Positions 27,678-37,910 of a stretch of 64,000 nt of DNA are shown here, piece after piece. The notes below the pieces were generated by a model. That model searched no databases, was not told the DNA's origin, and worked only from the letters and a program-made list of their open reading frames with translations. The position numbers were made by a program, and so were the translations under genes. Numbering within the stretch: the first letter of the stretch is position 1; every line of letters begins with the position of its first letter. The DNA comes from Candidatus Nanopelagicales bacterium (GTDB taxonomy: Bacteria; Actinomycetota; Actinomycetes; S36-B12; UBA10799): positions 926 through 64,925 of the forward strand of contig JAGNDY010000002.1 of assembly GCA_018003655.1 (NCBI GenBank), read 5' to 3'.

Positions 27678-30600
27678 CTGAATAAGCCCCGCCCAGAATG
27701 TGTGCCCGGCTACCTCTGTTGTCACGACTGCGACGGTTGTGGCGACCGCAAGCGCACCCACAAAGATCGCGCTGAGAACCCTGCGCCCGAGGAAACTTGC
27801 GATGACGCCCAGCACGGCGCCGACCAGGCCAGCAACGATCGCCCCCAGCAGCGTCGGTACAACCACCTCTACGGCTCTTGGCGCATGAGCACCAGGATCA
27901 TGCAGGACCTCCTGATCCGCCGATTCAGGCAAAGCCACTACTGGTCCGCGCACGATCGCGAGCAGCGCGACGACGACCAAAGCCAGCAGCCCTGCGAGAA
28001 GCCCAAATCGGTACGTGGTTGCCGGCGCAAACGAGGCCTCCACCGTGCTCGGTTGACTAGCTGCCGGCAGCACCCATCCTTGCTTCCAGCCGTCAACTCG
28101 CACTGGAGTCAGCGGGGCATCCCCGATGCTGGCTCGCCAGCCGTCGTTGAAGCCCTCGTTGACGGCCAAGATGCTCGCCGCACCTGGTCCCAGTTCGAGT
28201 TCCCGCTTGTCAGCTCCCCAACTCTCGATCTGCAGGCTCCGCGGAGGCACGATCGCTGCGCCGCCCTGCGTCGCGGGCCGGATTGCGACCGAATCGACCT
28301 TGAAGGCCGCACTCGGAATACCATCGAGAGTGTTGGTCCCGGCTTTGACGTCAGGCACCGGGTCGCACAGTTGAAGCGGCACTTTCGCTCTGCCGACCAG
28401 GTCTCGGGCGCTTACTGAGAGCCGTGTGCGGACTGGCTGGCCATTCAGTTCGATCAGGGGGCCTTCACCGCAAGGGAGGGTGATCTTTCCAGTGGTCGGG
28501 CTGACGACCGAATCGCCCAGCTTGAACCGCAGCTCTCTGACCGAGATCCCGGAGATGTCACTAGTCTTCTTCTTCGTTTCGGTATTCAGCACGATGAAGA
28601 ACTCGCGACCGGTCAGCGGTTGGAAAGTGAAGTCGCCGGTTTTCCCACCGGTAACTGACGTTCGAGACTGGTTGCCACTTGAGATCGTCATTCCCAAGAC
28701 TCGGAATGGCGAGTCTTCACCGAGCACGGCTTGCACGCCGTCGATCGTCAACGGCTTGTCGTAGCGGACGCGCAGCCAGGGAGACACATCGCCCTCGCCG
28801 GGGATCCAGCCAGTGCGAGGATCGCCGTCCAGGGCAGCCCCGGGTCGCGCTGCGGGGTCGTCGGAGAATCTGCTGGATGCGTATACCTTCATCCCCGAGC
28901 TTGCATCCAGGAGCCGCTCAAGATCCGGACCAGCTATCGGACTCGCGGTAGCCCGCAGATCAACGGCGTTGTCACCGGAGCTGGAGAAGGTGCGTGCAAA
29001 ACGATCCGGTTCGGGCGAGGCCGCTTGCTCTGTCGCCACACAGGCGAATACTTCGGTGAGGGTGCAGGCGGCGCGCTCCCCCGGCTCCCGTTGGAAGAGC
29101 CACTGCGAGGCTGAACCAGGGACAGCCAACCGCTCGACGGCGGTGAATCCGGGCAACGACAAACCCGTGATACCGGTCGGCAGGGTCCTGTCTCGCCAGT
29201 TGACTATCTCGACCTCAACGAAGTCCGTCTTTCCGTCGAAGCTGTCGACAACATCTTGCGCCCCTGGGGGCACGACGAATGTGCGGGAGCCCTGCGCAGT
29301 CGTGACCCTCAATTCGGTTGGGCGCTCGATACCGCGTGCACGCGGTAGAGTGATTTTCAACGGTCCGGTTTGGGGTCGTTCGAATGTCGTCTTCAACGTC
29401 GGGCTCTTATCTCCAATAGCAGAAACCCACGTAGTCAGGTCGGATCCATCGAATGCGGAGAATGCCCGGGCTTTGGGACCCAGGAAGGGAATCTCGTAGG
29501 GATCCGAGGCTGAACTGGACGAATCCAGCGTCGCGAGTCCGTCATAGATGACCACGGTCTGTTCCGTCGATTCGGGGAACGGTGAGATGTCGGCAACCGC
29601 GCGGCCACCAGAGACATCACTGCCTGCCGTCTGGGTAGGGCCGTAGTTCTTTCCAACCGGGGCTCCCACATTGAGGACCCGTCGCCGCAGCGTGTCGGTA
29701 GCCACATCTGGTTGACCACCGTCAATCGGTTGACCATCAGCAGTCGCCACGGAGGCGAAGTCATCGGCCGCTCCAGTTGCGGCCCATGCCTCAGGTCCAC
29801 CGGCAAACGTCTTCGGAGTCGCTCCGGCCGCCACGTAGGCGCGAGGATCGTCGCGAGACACGCCAGCCGACGTTGGCGGTGACACCGCGAAGACTTCGAT
29901 CGCCGGCACCTTGCCTTGAGTCCCTACCGCCTCGCCAGGCAGAGTCCTGGCGACGGGAACCTTCTTGCCGAAGCCTGCGACGAGGTTAATGCCCGGGGAA
30001 GCTATCAAGGTCGCCCGAGCGGCCGCTGGGGGCGTGGTCGCGCGGAATGTATCCACGTCGTTGCGCAGAATCACGGTTGTCACCCCGGCCCGCGCCAGGC
30101 CCCTGGCGAGACCGTCGTTACCGACACCACTGGCCAAGATGGACTCAAAGCCATCCATCAGTCTGGTGGCACCGGGTGCCCCAAGCGGCACGGCGTCGCG
30201 GACGGCCCACGGCGAGCGCGCAAGTGCTTGCATCGGCTCGTCTCGGGTGTCACCCCAACTGTAAGTTGCAAACGAAGTACCCGGTACCAGCAAGCTCCGG
30301 CCACCCCCGCGAGATGCCTCCTGCGCGGCAGCCGACGCCTTCGACCACGACGGGGGAATCTTCTCGAACGAACCGCTGGGCACAAAGGTCGCCGATAGTG
30401 CTGGCGAGACAGCCGCGAGGACCAAGGCAAATACAACGACGACCGGCACTACATGGATGCCCCGCGCGAGTTGGTAGCCGAATCGCCATTCCAGCCAACG
30501 ATTCAGGGGACGGCGCGCGTAGTTGACGAGCAAGGGGAAAGCGACGGCCAGACCCAGTGCGATCGGTAGCCGGAGTAGGACGTCGAACTTGTGGACGTTT

Positions 30601-31691
30601 CGCAAGGGTGAGCCTGGACCATCGAGGAATGATTGAACGGCCGAGCCAATCGGCGACCCCAACGCCCCCGCATAGCCAGCGGTAATGATCGCGACTCCGA
30701 TGACTGTTGATGTCACGAGCCACAGTCGAACCCGGCCGTCGATCTTGCTGACCCCCCACAGACCCAAGATTGCCACGACCGCAGTGCCGGCAATTCCAAG
30801 CGCAGAAAGTGCCAACCAGTTGCCGGCAGGTTGCCGGCTCTGACTCGTGTCGCCCAGGAATGCCAACCAGCTATCACTGCCCCTGATCACGTTGAAGGCA
30901 GAAGCGGGCAAGGTCGTGAAGTTCGCCGATTCGATGTAGTCCAGGAACGGGAACGAGTACTTGCCCAGTACGAGCAGCGGCACGAGCCACCACAAGCAGG
31001 CAACGGGAATCAGGATGAGCCACCACCGCATCAGCACCCGGCGTGCAGTTCCTGTTGCGGAGAACAGCAGGAAGGTGAAAGCCAGCGGCAGCGTGGCCAG
31101 CACCGCGACAGCGTTGACACCGCCCATGAGCGCGACCGCGAGCGCCGATCTGGCGGCCCCTCGACGCAGCCGACCACTCGCTTGCGCCGTGATCAGCGGT
31201 ATGACCGTCCACGGTGCCAGTGCGGTCGGCCACGACTCGATGGAGATTGCAGCCATGCTTCCGATCAGCCGAGGAGACAGCGCGAAGATTATTGCGGCGA
31301 CGATCCGCGACGCGGGGGTTCCGAGCCCGAGCAGCTTGGCCAGGCGCAGCACCCCGAAATACGCCACCAGTAGGAGCAGGCACCACCACGAGCGTTGAAT
31401 CAACCACCCCGGAAGGTGCAGCAAATCGCCGAGCAGGAAGAACGGGCCCATCGGCATGAGGTAGCCGTACGACTGGTTCTGCATCTGCCCGAAGGACGCG
31501 CTCGGGTCCCACGCCTGCATCGCTCGAGCGAGGAATCCGGCCGGATCGATGAGCAAATCGGTCTTGGTGTCCGCCGTCATGGCCGTGGGGGTCGGTGCCA
31601 TTGCGACCCCCACGAGGACGACCGCTCCGAGCAGCGCCCACAGACGCTCCGCAGTGATGGTGACCGAGCGGAGCCTTTGCGACAGCGTCAC
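27486..31691 (-). CDS. aftD: alpha-(1->3)-arabinofuranosyltransferase AftD-like GT-C enzyme
   Basis: 1401 aa. The N-terminal DTKTDLLIDPAGFLARAMQAWDPSASFGQMQNQSYGYLMPMGPFF closely matches my recollection of M. tuberculosis AftD. It has a large soluble middle and C-terminal TM helices. Confidence 0.8.
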   Translation of the reverse strand: MTLSQRLRSVTITAERLWALLGAVVLVGVAMAPTPTAMTADTKTDLLIDPAGFLARAMQAWDPSASFGQMQNQSYGYLMPMGPFFLLGDLLHLPGWLIQRSWWCLLLLVAYFGVLRLAKLLGLGTPASRIVAAIIFALSPRLIGSMAAISIESWPTALAPWTVIPLITAQASGRLRRGAARSALAVALMGGVNAVAVLATLPLAFTFLLFSATGTARRVLMRWWLILIPVACLWWLVPLLVLGKYSFPFLDYIESANFTTLPASAFNVIRGSDSWLAFLGDTSQSRQPAGNWLALSALGIAGTAVVAILGLWGVSKIDGRVRLWLVTSTVIGVAIITAGYAGALGSPIGSAVQSFLDGPGSPLRNVHKFDVLLRLPIALGLAVAFPLLVNYARRPLNRWLEWRFGYQLARGIHVVPVVVVFALVLAAVSPALSATFVPSGSFEKIPPSWSKASAAAQEASRGGGRSLLVPGTSFATYSWGDTRDEPMQALARSPWAVRDAVPLGAPGATRLMDGFESILASGVGNDGLARGLARAGVTTVILRNDVDTFRATTPPAAARATLIASPGINLVAGFGKKVPVARTLPGEAVGTQGKVPAIEVFAVSPPTSAGVSRDDPRAYVAAGATPKTFAGGPEAWAATGAADDFASVATADGQPIDGGQPDVATDTLRRRVLNVGAPVGKNYGPTQTAGSDVSGGRAVADISPFPESTEQTVVIYDGLATLDSSSSASDPYEIPFLGPKARAFSAFDGSDLTTWVSAIGDKSPTLKTTFERPQTGPLKITLPRARGIERPTELRVTTAQGSRTFVVPPGAQDVVDSFDGKTDFVEVEIVNWRDRTLPTGITGLSLPGFTAVERLAVPGSASQWLFQREPGERAACTLTEVFACVATEQAASPEPDRFARTFSSSGDNAVDLRATASPIAGPDLERLLDASSGMKVYASSRFSDDPAARPGAALDGDPRTGWIPGEGDVSPWLRVRYDKPLTIDGVQAVLGEDSPFRVLGMTISSGNQSRTSVTGGKTGDFTFQPLTGREFFIVLNTETKKKTSDISGISVRELRFKLGDSVVSPTTGKITLPCGEGPLIELNGQPVRTRLSVSARDLVGRAKVPLQLCDPVPDVKAGTNTLDGIPSAAFKVDSVAIRPATQGGAAIVPPRSLQIESWGADKRELELGPGAASILAVNEGFNDGWRASIGDAPLTPVRVDGWKQGWVLPAASQPSTVEASFAPATTYRFGLLAGLLALVVVALLAIVRGPVVALPESADQEVLHDPGAHAPRAVEVVVPTLLGAIVAGLVGAVLGVIASFLGRRVLSAIFVGALAVATTVAVVTTEVAGHTFWAGLIQLLSCGGLLAWLVLSLRITPARDAHAGTLDQPDGQLRDGGRHDKGEDSQEEPIAGEVGKPEQVS

Positions 31692-31876
31692 GAAACGGCC
31701 TCTGCGCGCACATGACCATCGCTGCGAGATGCGAGTGAGGCGAAGGCCGACGTGAGTTCGTGGACAGATCCGCTGGAGCCGGGTACGAAACTGCGTCCGT
31801 GATTTGCGAACTCATCGCGCCCGGACATTGGGCAATAGTATCTCTTGAACTCAGTCCCGAGGGCTAAACTCGGCCC

Positions 31877-33025
31877 ATGCTAGAAGGTGGCACTGCCGCG
31901 TCAGTGGATCGGCCGGACCGGCTCCGAATCCTGGTAACTTCATGGCGCGACGAGGGACACCCAGAGGCGGGCGGTGCAGAGGTCTTCCTCGAACGGGTCA
32001 CCAGTTCACTCGCTGAGCGCGGACACCACGTCACAATTGGTACCGCCCGCTATCCGGGATCGCTGCCCAGCCAAGCAAGGGGTGACCGCCTGTTTGTTCG
32101 CGCCGGTGGCCGATACACGGTCTACCCGCGTGGCCTGTTGCATGCGGCGGTCCATCGCAGGCAATACGACGTCATCCTCGATATCGCCAACGGCGTGCCA
32201 TTCTGGACACCGGTCGCCCTCGCCGCGCCGGTGGTTTGCCTGGTCCACCATGTGCACCGCGAGCAGTGGGCGGAAGTGTTCTCCCCGGCTGTCAGCAGAT
32301 TCGGCTGGTGGATGGAATCAAAGGTAACCCCGGCCATCTACCGGCGGGCGCAGTTCCTCGCTGTGAGCAACGCAACCGCAGCTGACCTTCAGGGGTTGGG
32401 AGTGTCACCGGAACGGATTCGAGTCATCTACTCCGGCGTCGAAACCGCAGTCCCGCAGAAGAGACTCATGGAGGCGCCGCCATTCCCACACCTTGTCTGT
32501 ATCGGCCGACTTGTCCCCCACAAGCGAATTGAGATCGCCCTGCGGACAGTTGCCCGAATGCGCGAGCAATTCCCGGGCGTGCTGCTGACAATCGCTGGTT
32601 CGGGCTACTGGGAAGAGGGACTTCGGGCAGAGGCCGCGCGGCTCGGCATCGAAGACCACGTCCGTTTTGCGGGGGTTATCTCTGATCAGGAAAAAGCGAA
32701 TCTGCTCGCCGAGGCCACCATCCACCTGATGCCGTCACTCAAGGAGGGTTGGGGTCTGGTCATCATCGAGGCAGCCACCGTCGCTACGCCGTCGATCGCG
32801 TTTGGATCTGCTGGCGGCACAAAAGAGTCGGTGGTGCAGAACGAGACGGGGATCCTGGTCGAAACTGAGGATGAGTTCTACGAAGCGGTACTGTGTTTGA
32901 GCAGCGACTCAGCCGAGCGCGAACGCCTGGGAGCCCAGGCGCTGCGCCACTCACAACGCTTCAACTGGGGCAACACCGCAGATGGTGTGGAAGACGCCCT
33001 TATGCGTGCGGCCGGGAAATTCTAG
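31877..33025 (+). CDS. GT4-family (GT-B) glycosyltransferase
   Basis: 382 aa. The C-terminal half carries PSLKEGWGLVIIEAATVATPSIAF, the EX7E-type retaining GT-B signature. Confidence 0.85.
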   Translation: MLEGGTAASVDRPDRLRILVTSWRDEGHPEAGGAEVFLERVTSSLAERGHHVTIGTARYPGSLPSQARGDRLFVRAGGRYTVYPRGLLHAAVHRRQYDVILDIANGVPFWTPVALAAPVVCLVHHVHREQWAEVFSPAVSRFGWWMESKVTPAIYRRAQFLAVSNATAADLQGLGVSPERIRVIYSGVETAVPQKRLMEAPPFPHLVCIGRLVPHKRIEIALRTVARMREQFPGVLLTIAGSGYWEEGLRAEAARLGIEDHVRFAGVISDQEKANLLAEATIHLMPSLKEGWGLVIIEAATVATPSIAFGSAGGTKESVVQNETGILVETEDEFYEAVLCLSSDSAERERLGAQALRHSQRFNWGNTADGVEDALMRAAGKF

Positions 33026-33104
33026 GCGTGATCGATGGCATGTGGTGGTGTGTCAGTACATGTAAAAGAGCGCACCCGCCTCGATGTGCCGCGAATGCGC
33101 TCTG

Positions 33105-33130
33105 AACCGGACGGAGTGAAGTGTCCGGTT
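33105..33130. terminator. candidate hairpin between convergent GT4 and small ORF
   Basis: An 8-bp stem AACCGGAC/GTCCGGTT with a 10-nt loop. It overlaps the small-ORF stop and has no U-tract. Confidence 0.25.
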
Positions 33131-33320
33131 AGTTAGCTGAGCTCGTGCTGCCGTAATCGACCAGTGGCTGGTCGCTCTGCCCGGAGTTACCGGTCACAGC
33201 TGATGTGATTCCGAAGGCTGCGACAACCGCAATAACGACGCCAGCGACTGCCGCGACAACCGCGCCCGCCGTACCGGACAGTCCGCCGCCGCCTGCTGCT
33301 CCACCAGATGACTCACTCAT
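33129..33320 (-). CDS. small Gly/Ala-rich single-TM protein
   Basis: 63-aa ORF with one hydrophobic helix. A strong SD (GGAGGAGA, reverse complement of 33328-33335) lies upstream of ATG 33320. Confidence 0.55.
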   Translation of the reverse strand: MSESSGGAAGGGGLSGTAGAVVAAVAGVVIAVVAAFGITSAVTGNSGQSDQPLVDYGSTSSAN

Positions 33321-33371
33321 TGCGTTGTCTCCTCCAGTTAAGTTCGTTTCGCGCGAAACGTACCACCTTGG

Positions 33372-35162
33372 CTATTGCGAATGCACGGAAGTAGCGCCAT
33401 TTGGACGAGGAAACTTCCTAGCACCCAACAGCAGCGTAGCCGAGCCCAACAGGATTACCAACCCCAACAGATCAACGGTCACCACGAGTGGCCACCAACC
33501 CGGAAGTACGGGGGCCGTCCCGGCCGTCGGTACTTCCCACAATCTGAGGCCCGTCTGATCACTTACCAACCGCAAGCCAGCGAGCTTCGACTGGTCGATC
33601 GGGCGCGGCTGGTCAGTCTGTTCGATCACCCAACGCACGCCCATGGTAGGCAGCACGTCGGCCAGTTGCACGTTCCTTTCCAGCGCGTCGGCGACCGCCG
33701 CCGAGCGTGGATCGTCGCCTGCCACCCACGTCACCCCGCCGGGCCCGGACACCGGCAACCGATCATCGGCAATGACCGTGCGGGTCATGAACCGCGGAGC
33801 AGGGTCCAACACGGTTCGGTTGCCGTTCCATGGATACCGACGAAACGTCGTCCACGGAACGGATACCGCGTCCCCGGGTGGCCCAGCCGCAATCGCGGAG
33901 CGCACGGATTCCCACCCCGACGGGTAGGACACTGAGCCAAGTCGCCCCCACACGCCTGCGGCCATATCTGGCAGCAACGCCAACGGGACGACGATGAGGA
34001 CGGCCATTGCCAGCCGCAGTCGCACCTGCGCGTGGGATCTATCGAAGATTCGGGCTACGCCCAGCGGAAGGGCCAGCGCCATCAGCAGCGCCAGAGGTGC
34101 CAGCAGCTTCTGGCCGTCTCGGACGATGCCCCCACCGGGCACCGACTCGACTATCCACCGGATCGTTCCGGCCGTCGGACTCCATGCGCCAGCAACGGCC
34201 AGGAGCAACGAGACCGCCGCAAACCCAACGAGCCACCACCCCGTAGCCCGGCCGAGTCTCGCCACCAGCGGCACAAGACCGATCACCGCCAGTGCTGCTA
34301 GCACCACTGCGGCGATCGGCATCCACGGCAGGTCGCGTGTGGCCGGGATGACCTGGGCGTTCCATGCCCCGCCGAGGCCAAGCGCAGTCAGCAGCGGCCC
34401 GCCCCAGGCCTCGCTTCGCAGCGCAAAAACGGACGCGCCAGCAGCATCCGAGCTTGCGACGTTCGGATTGAGCATTGCCGGCAACCACCAGGTGGCGTTG
34501 AGCAGAACGAGAGCGCCGAACACGGCGGCCCGCCACTTGATCGCCAACCTGCTGGGAATCAGCCACACCGGTGCGGCGAGCACCAGGCACCAGACACCCC
34601 CAGTGGGAACCAACGACCCGAGTCCGCACCACAGCGCCAACTGGGCGCAACCAGTCAGTTCGCCCCGCCGTGCCTTTATGACCGCCGCAACGATCCACGG
34701 CATTGCCCCGTAGGTGAGCAGCACGGCCCAGTTGCCCAGGACTAGGCGCTCGGCGACGAATGGGTTCCAGATCGCCAGCGTGGCGGCGGCGAGCTGGACC
34801 AGCAGATGAGTGCCGCGCAACAGCCGGGCAGCGCCGATGCCCGCTAGCAACAGCGCCGCCATCAGGACGACCTTCTGCAGAATCTGGCCGGGCAACGGAC
34901 CTGCAATCAGTGACACAACGATGTCCTGCGGCGTCGACCGAGGCAGACCGCCGGATATTCCCAACATCCACGGGAGCAGTGTTTGGCGAGGGACGAACAC
35001 CATGTCGTAGGACAGCGTGTAACCAGGCAGTAGCGCAGGCCCGAGCGCGAGCACGGAGAGCGCAAAAGACCAAAGCGGAATCAACCACCGGCGGGAGCGC
35101 GGCACAGCAAAAATTGCTTCGCCTTCTCCCACGACTTGGCGCTCGTCCACCGGACTCCTCAT
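33372..35162 (-). CDS. polytopic membrane protein, possible GT-C-like glycosyltransferase
   Basis: 596 aa. The first loop reads GYTLSYDMVFVP. More than 10 TM helices are followed by a ~130-aa soluble region and a C-terminal TM helix. The call rests on architecture and context only. Confidence 0.5.
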   Translation of the reverse strand: MRSPVDERQVVGEGEAIFAVPRSRRWLIPLWSFALSVLALGPALLPGYTLSYDMVFVPRQTLLPWMLGISGGLPRSTPQDIVVSLIAGPLPGQILQKVVLMAALLLAGIGAARLLRGTHLLVQLAAATLAIWNPFVAERLVLGNWAVLLTYGAMPWIVAAVIKARRGELTGCAQLALWCGLGSLVPTGGVWCLVLAAPVWLIPSRLAIKWRAAVFGALVLLNATWWLPAMLNPNVASSDAAGASVFALRSEAWGGPLLTALGLGGAWNAQVIPATRDLPWMPIAAVVLAALAVIGLVPLVARLGRATGWWLVGFAAVSLLLAVAGAWSPTAGTIRWIVESVPGGGIVRDGQKLLAPLALLMALALPLGVARIFDRSHAQVRLRLAMAVLIVVPLALLPDMAAGVWGRLGSVSYPSGWESVRSAIAAGPPGDAVSVPWTTFRRYPWNGNRTVLDPAPRFMTRTVIADDRLPVSGPGGVTWVAGDDPRSAAVADALERNVQLADVLPTMGVRWVIEQTDQPRPIDQSKLAGLRLVSDQTGLRLWEVPTAGTAPVLPGWWPLVVTVDLLGLVILLGSATLLLGARKFPRPNGATSVHSQ

Positions 35163-35236
35163 TCACTCGATGCTCGACACCCAGATGTACTCCACAGATC
35201 CGGCTAACCCGCATAGGGTGTCAGCCCGGAGGACTA

Positions 35237-36502
35237 ATGGCCACGAGCAACACCAAAGCGGGCAAGCCGCAAATCAAACCGCAGCGCAGCGCGCTCAGCG
35301 GCGCGATCTTGGTTGGCATCGGTCTGGCCATCGCCCAAGTCACCTCCTACCTGCTGAGCTTGATCTCCGCGCGCGTGCTCGGCCCTACGGGCTACGGCGT
35401 GATCGCCTCGATGCTCGCCCTGCTCCTGGTCGGAAGCGTCCTCGCTTTGGGCATCCAGGCCGCCGGAGCTCGCAGGATCGTCCTGCTGCCATCGGGCGAA
35501 CGACGCCACGGCGCATCCGGCGTGCTGCGCAGCGCCTACCTGGCGGGCGTGGCAGTCGCGATCGTCACGGCAGCGCTGGCCGCTCCGTTGACCTGGTTGC
35601 TGCACCTTTCCGGGCCTGTGCCGGTGCTACTGGTGGCCCTGAACCTGCTGCCGCTGACCGTCATGGGTGGCCTGCTCGGAGTCGCCCAAGGCCGCGAGGC
35701 ATACCTGCGTCTAGCGGTTCTGTGCGCTCTGAACGGAGCAGGTCGGGCGATGGGCGGCATCATCGGCGTCATCGTCTTCAAGTCGATTCTCGGCGCGCTC
35801 ATCGGCATGACCATCGGCACCTTCGCCTCGGTCGCCTTGGCTTGGCTACTGACTCAGAAACTGATCCATCGACCAGCGACGCGCCTCAATCACTTCATGT
35901 CCGAGGCTCTGCACGACACCCATGCGCTGTTCGTGCTTTTTGTGCTGACCAACATGGATGTGCTGCTTGCCCGCCACTTCTTGACCGCTTCGGCGGCGGG
36001 AATGTACGCAGCGGGCGCTGTCGTCGCCAAGGTCACCTTTTGGCTGCCGCAATTCGTGGCGACAGTGGCCTACCCCCGATTAGCCGACAAGCGACGGTCG
36101 CGAACCCTCGGACTCGGCGCGCTGATTGTCGCTGTCATCGGGATCGCAGCTACGGCGGTCATCGCGGCGATCCCGAATGTCGTGGTGCAGTTCGTCGGTG
36201 GTTCCGCCTACAACGAGTTGTCGAGTGAGGTGTGGATCTTCGCAGCATCGGGATCGGCGTACGCGCTCGCGCAGTTCCTGCTTTACGGCCAACTGGCGGC
36301 GAGCAAGAACTCGGCCATCATCGTTTTGTGGCTGGCGGTCGTCAGCCTGGTCACATTGGTGATTCTGTTTCATGACTCAGTGCTGCAAATCGTTTTGTCG
36401 GTCCTGGGCGTTGCCCTGTCTGTCTCCGTGGTGGGCGTGATCGAGCTCCTATTCGAACGACGCAGAGACCGCGCGATGGAACTGGAAGTCAATGCGGTCT
36501 AA
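35237..36502 (+). CDS. MOP/Wzx-type polysaccharide (oligosaccharide) flippase family protein
   Basis: 421 aa with about 12 TM helices. ATG 35237 is preceded by GGAGGA at 35228-35233. The longer ORF-track start at 34760 would overlap the divergent gene. Confidence 0.7.
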   Translation: MATSNTKAGKPQIKPQRSALSGAILVGIGLAIAQVTSYLLSLISARVLGPTGYGVIASMLALLLVGSVLALGIQAAGARRIVLLPSGERRHGASGVLRSAYLAGVAVAIVTAALAAPLTWLLHLSGPVPVLLVALNLLPLTVMGGLLGVAQGREAYLRLAVLCALNGAGRAMGGIIGVIVFKSILGALIGMTIGTFASVALAWLLTQKLIHRPATRLNHFMSEALHDTHALFVLFVLTNMDVLLARHFLTASAAGMYAAGAVVAKVTFWLPQFVATVAYPRLADKRRSRTLGLGALIVAVIGIAATAVIAAIPNVVVQFVGGSAYNELSSEVWIFAASGSAYALAQFLLYGQLAASKNSAIIVLWLAVVSLVTLVILFHDSVLQIVLSVLGVALSVSVVGVIELLFERRRDRAMELEVNAV

Positions 36503-37910
36503 GAACTCTGCGGCGATGCTGCGAACACGAACCGTCTCCCCTGGCCGCCAGTGCAGTCGCTCAGATTTCAGCGGCTGGGGACGAACCACCTCATCGGTGG
36601 CGGAGGACTGCGTGGTCTCAGGCTACGCCGAATTGACCGAAGCAATCACGACCGCGAGTACGCGGGGAGTCATCGCCCGTGGATTCGGACGGGCCGCCGG
36701 CGACGCGAGCCAAAACGCGGGCGGACGAGTAGTTCGACTCGAAGGCGAGTTCAGCGAACCGGCAGTCCACTGGATCGATTGGGAACGCCGCGTAGCGCGG
36801 GTGAGCGCAGGCGCGTCATTCGCGGCGGTGATGCGGGCGCTGCTGTCACAAGGGTGGTTCCTGCCCACACCTGGGACCACCGGGCACATGACCATCGGCG
36901 GCGCGTTCGCCAGCGACCACCTCACCGCCGCCCAGTCACGCCGTGGGTCACTGGCGGCCAACACCGAGGCCGTCGGGTTGGTGGACGGCAGAGGTCGCGA
37001 GTTGCGCCTGGAACCCCGAGGCAAGTCCGCGCCAGAGTTCTGGGCAACCGCAGCTGGGCTCGGCATGACCGGAGTCATCACCAGCCTCGACGTCCGTGTA
37101 GTGCCGGTTACCTCCGCCTGGATGGTGGTGGAATCGGCTCGACACGACCGCATCGATGATGTGCTCTCCGACTTGGAGAGAGCGTCGTCGCTTTACCCGT
37201 ACAGCTACGCCCTGCTGGATACCTCAGCATCCGGTGATTGCCTTGGCCGCGGCACCGTGTCGGCCGCCCGTCATGCTGTCGTGTCCGAACTGCCAGAACA
37301 CCGACAACACGAGGCATTGGACTTCGATCAGGTTGGTGGCCGGGCTAGGCGTCGGCAAGTTCCCGACCAGTTGCTCAGGCCTGCCACGTCACGACTGGTG
37401 CAGGGTCTTGCTTTCCGAGCCGCTCCTCGCCGCGAGGTGGAGCAACTGCAGCCGGCGTCCATGTTCTTCCATGTCGACGACCGCTCGAGCTGGACGGCAC
37501 CGGTGAGCGAGCACGGCCTGCTCACCTACCAGGTGTCAATCCCGCAGGACAGAACGGACCTCATCGCCCATTTACTCGAGGGCCTCGCCAACGAGCGGAT
37601 CGTCAGCCAACGCTGTCTGCTCATAAAACTGGCTAACCATCAATCCGGTGCCCTGTCGTTCGAAACACCGGGGTGGGCATTGTCGATCGAGTTCCCGCAA
37701 CAATGCCAACAGCTTTCGGCCACGCTGGATACCTTCGATGAGCAACTCGCGGCCGCCGGTGGCCGCGCGGCATTGTCCAACGATGCCCGACTACTGGCCG
37801 ACGTGGCTCCGGCGATGTATCCGAACCTGCCGGTCTGGCAATCTGCGCGCTCGCGGCTCGATCCAGAGCACCGATTCAGGTCTGACCTCGTTAGCAGGCT
37901 CCAACTGTGA
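36492..37910 (+). CDS. DprE1-like FAD-binding protein with degenerate active-site blocks
   Basis: Aligns end-to-end with the ORF at 9240-10604 (ARGFGRAAGDASQNAGG; C-terminal DPEHRFRSDLVSRL). However, SDVHGKNHH reads SDHLTAAQS and YFTKDSR reads ALSNDAR. Confidence 0.7.
   Translation: MRSKNSAAMLRTRTVSPGRQCSRSDFSGWGRTTSSVAEDCVVSGYAELTEAITTASTRGVIARGFGRAAGDASQNAGGRVVRLEGEFSEPAVHWIDWERRVARVSAGASFAAVMRALLSQGWFLPTPGTTGHMTIGGAFASDHLTAAQSRRGSLAANTEAVGLVDGRGRELRLEPRGKSAPEFWATAAGLGMTGVITSLDVRVVPVTSAWMVVESARHDRIDDVLSDLERASSLYPYSYALLDTSASGDCLGRGTVSAARHAVVSELPEHRQHEALDFDQVGGRARRRQVPDQLLRPATSRLVQGLAFRAAPRREVEQLQPASMFFHVDDRSSWTAPVSEHGLLTYQVSIPQDRTDLIAHLLEGLANERIVSQRCLLIKLANHQSGALSFETPGWALSIEFPQQCQQLSATLDTFDEQLAAAGGRAALSNDARLLADVAPAMYPNLPVWQSARSRLDPEHRFRSDLVSRLQL

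Noticed and set aside
30874-31815. Long alternative-frame ORFs on the coding strand: 313 aa here, and similar ones at 34039-35214, 35170-36228, 36551-37159 and 51293-51958
   Set aside because: Each overlaps a better-supported gene in another frame and translates to Arg/Gly/Pro-rich low-complexity sequence.
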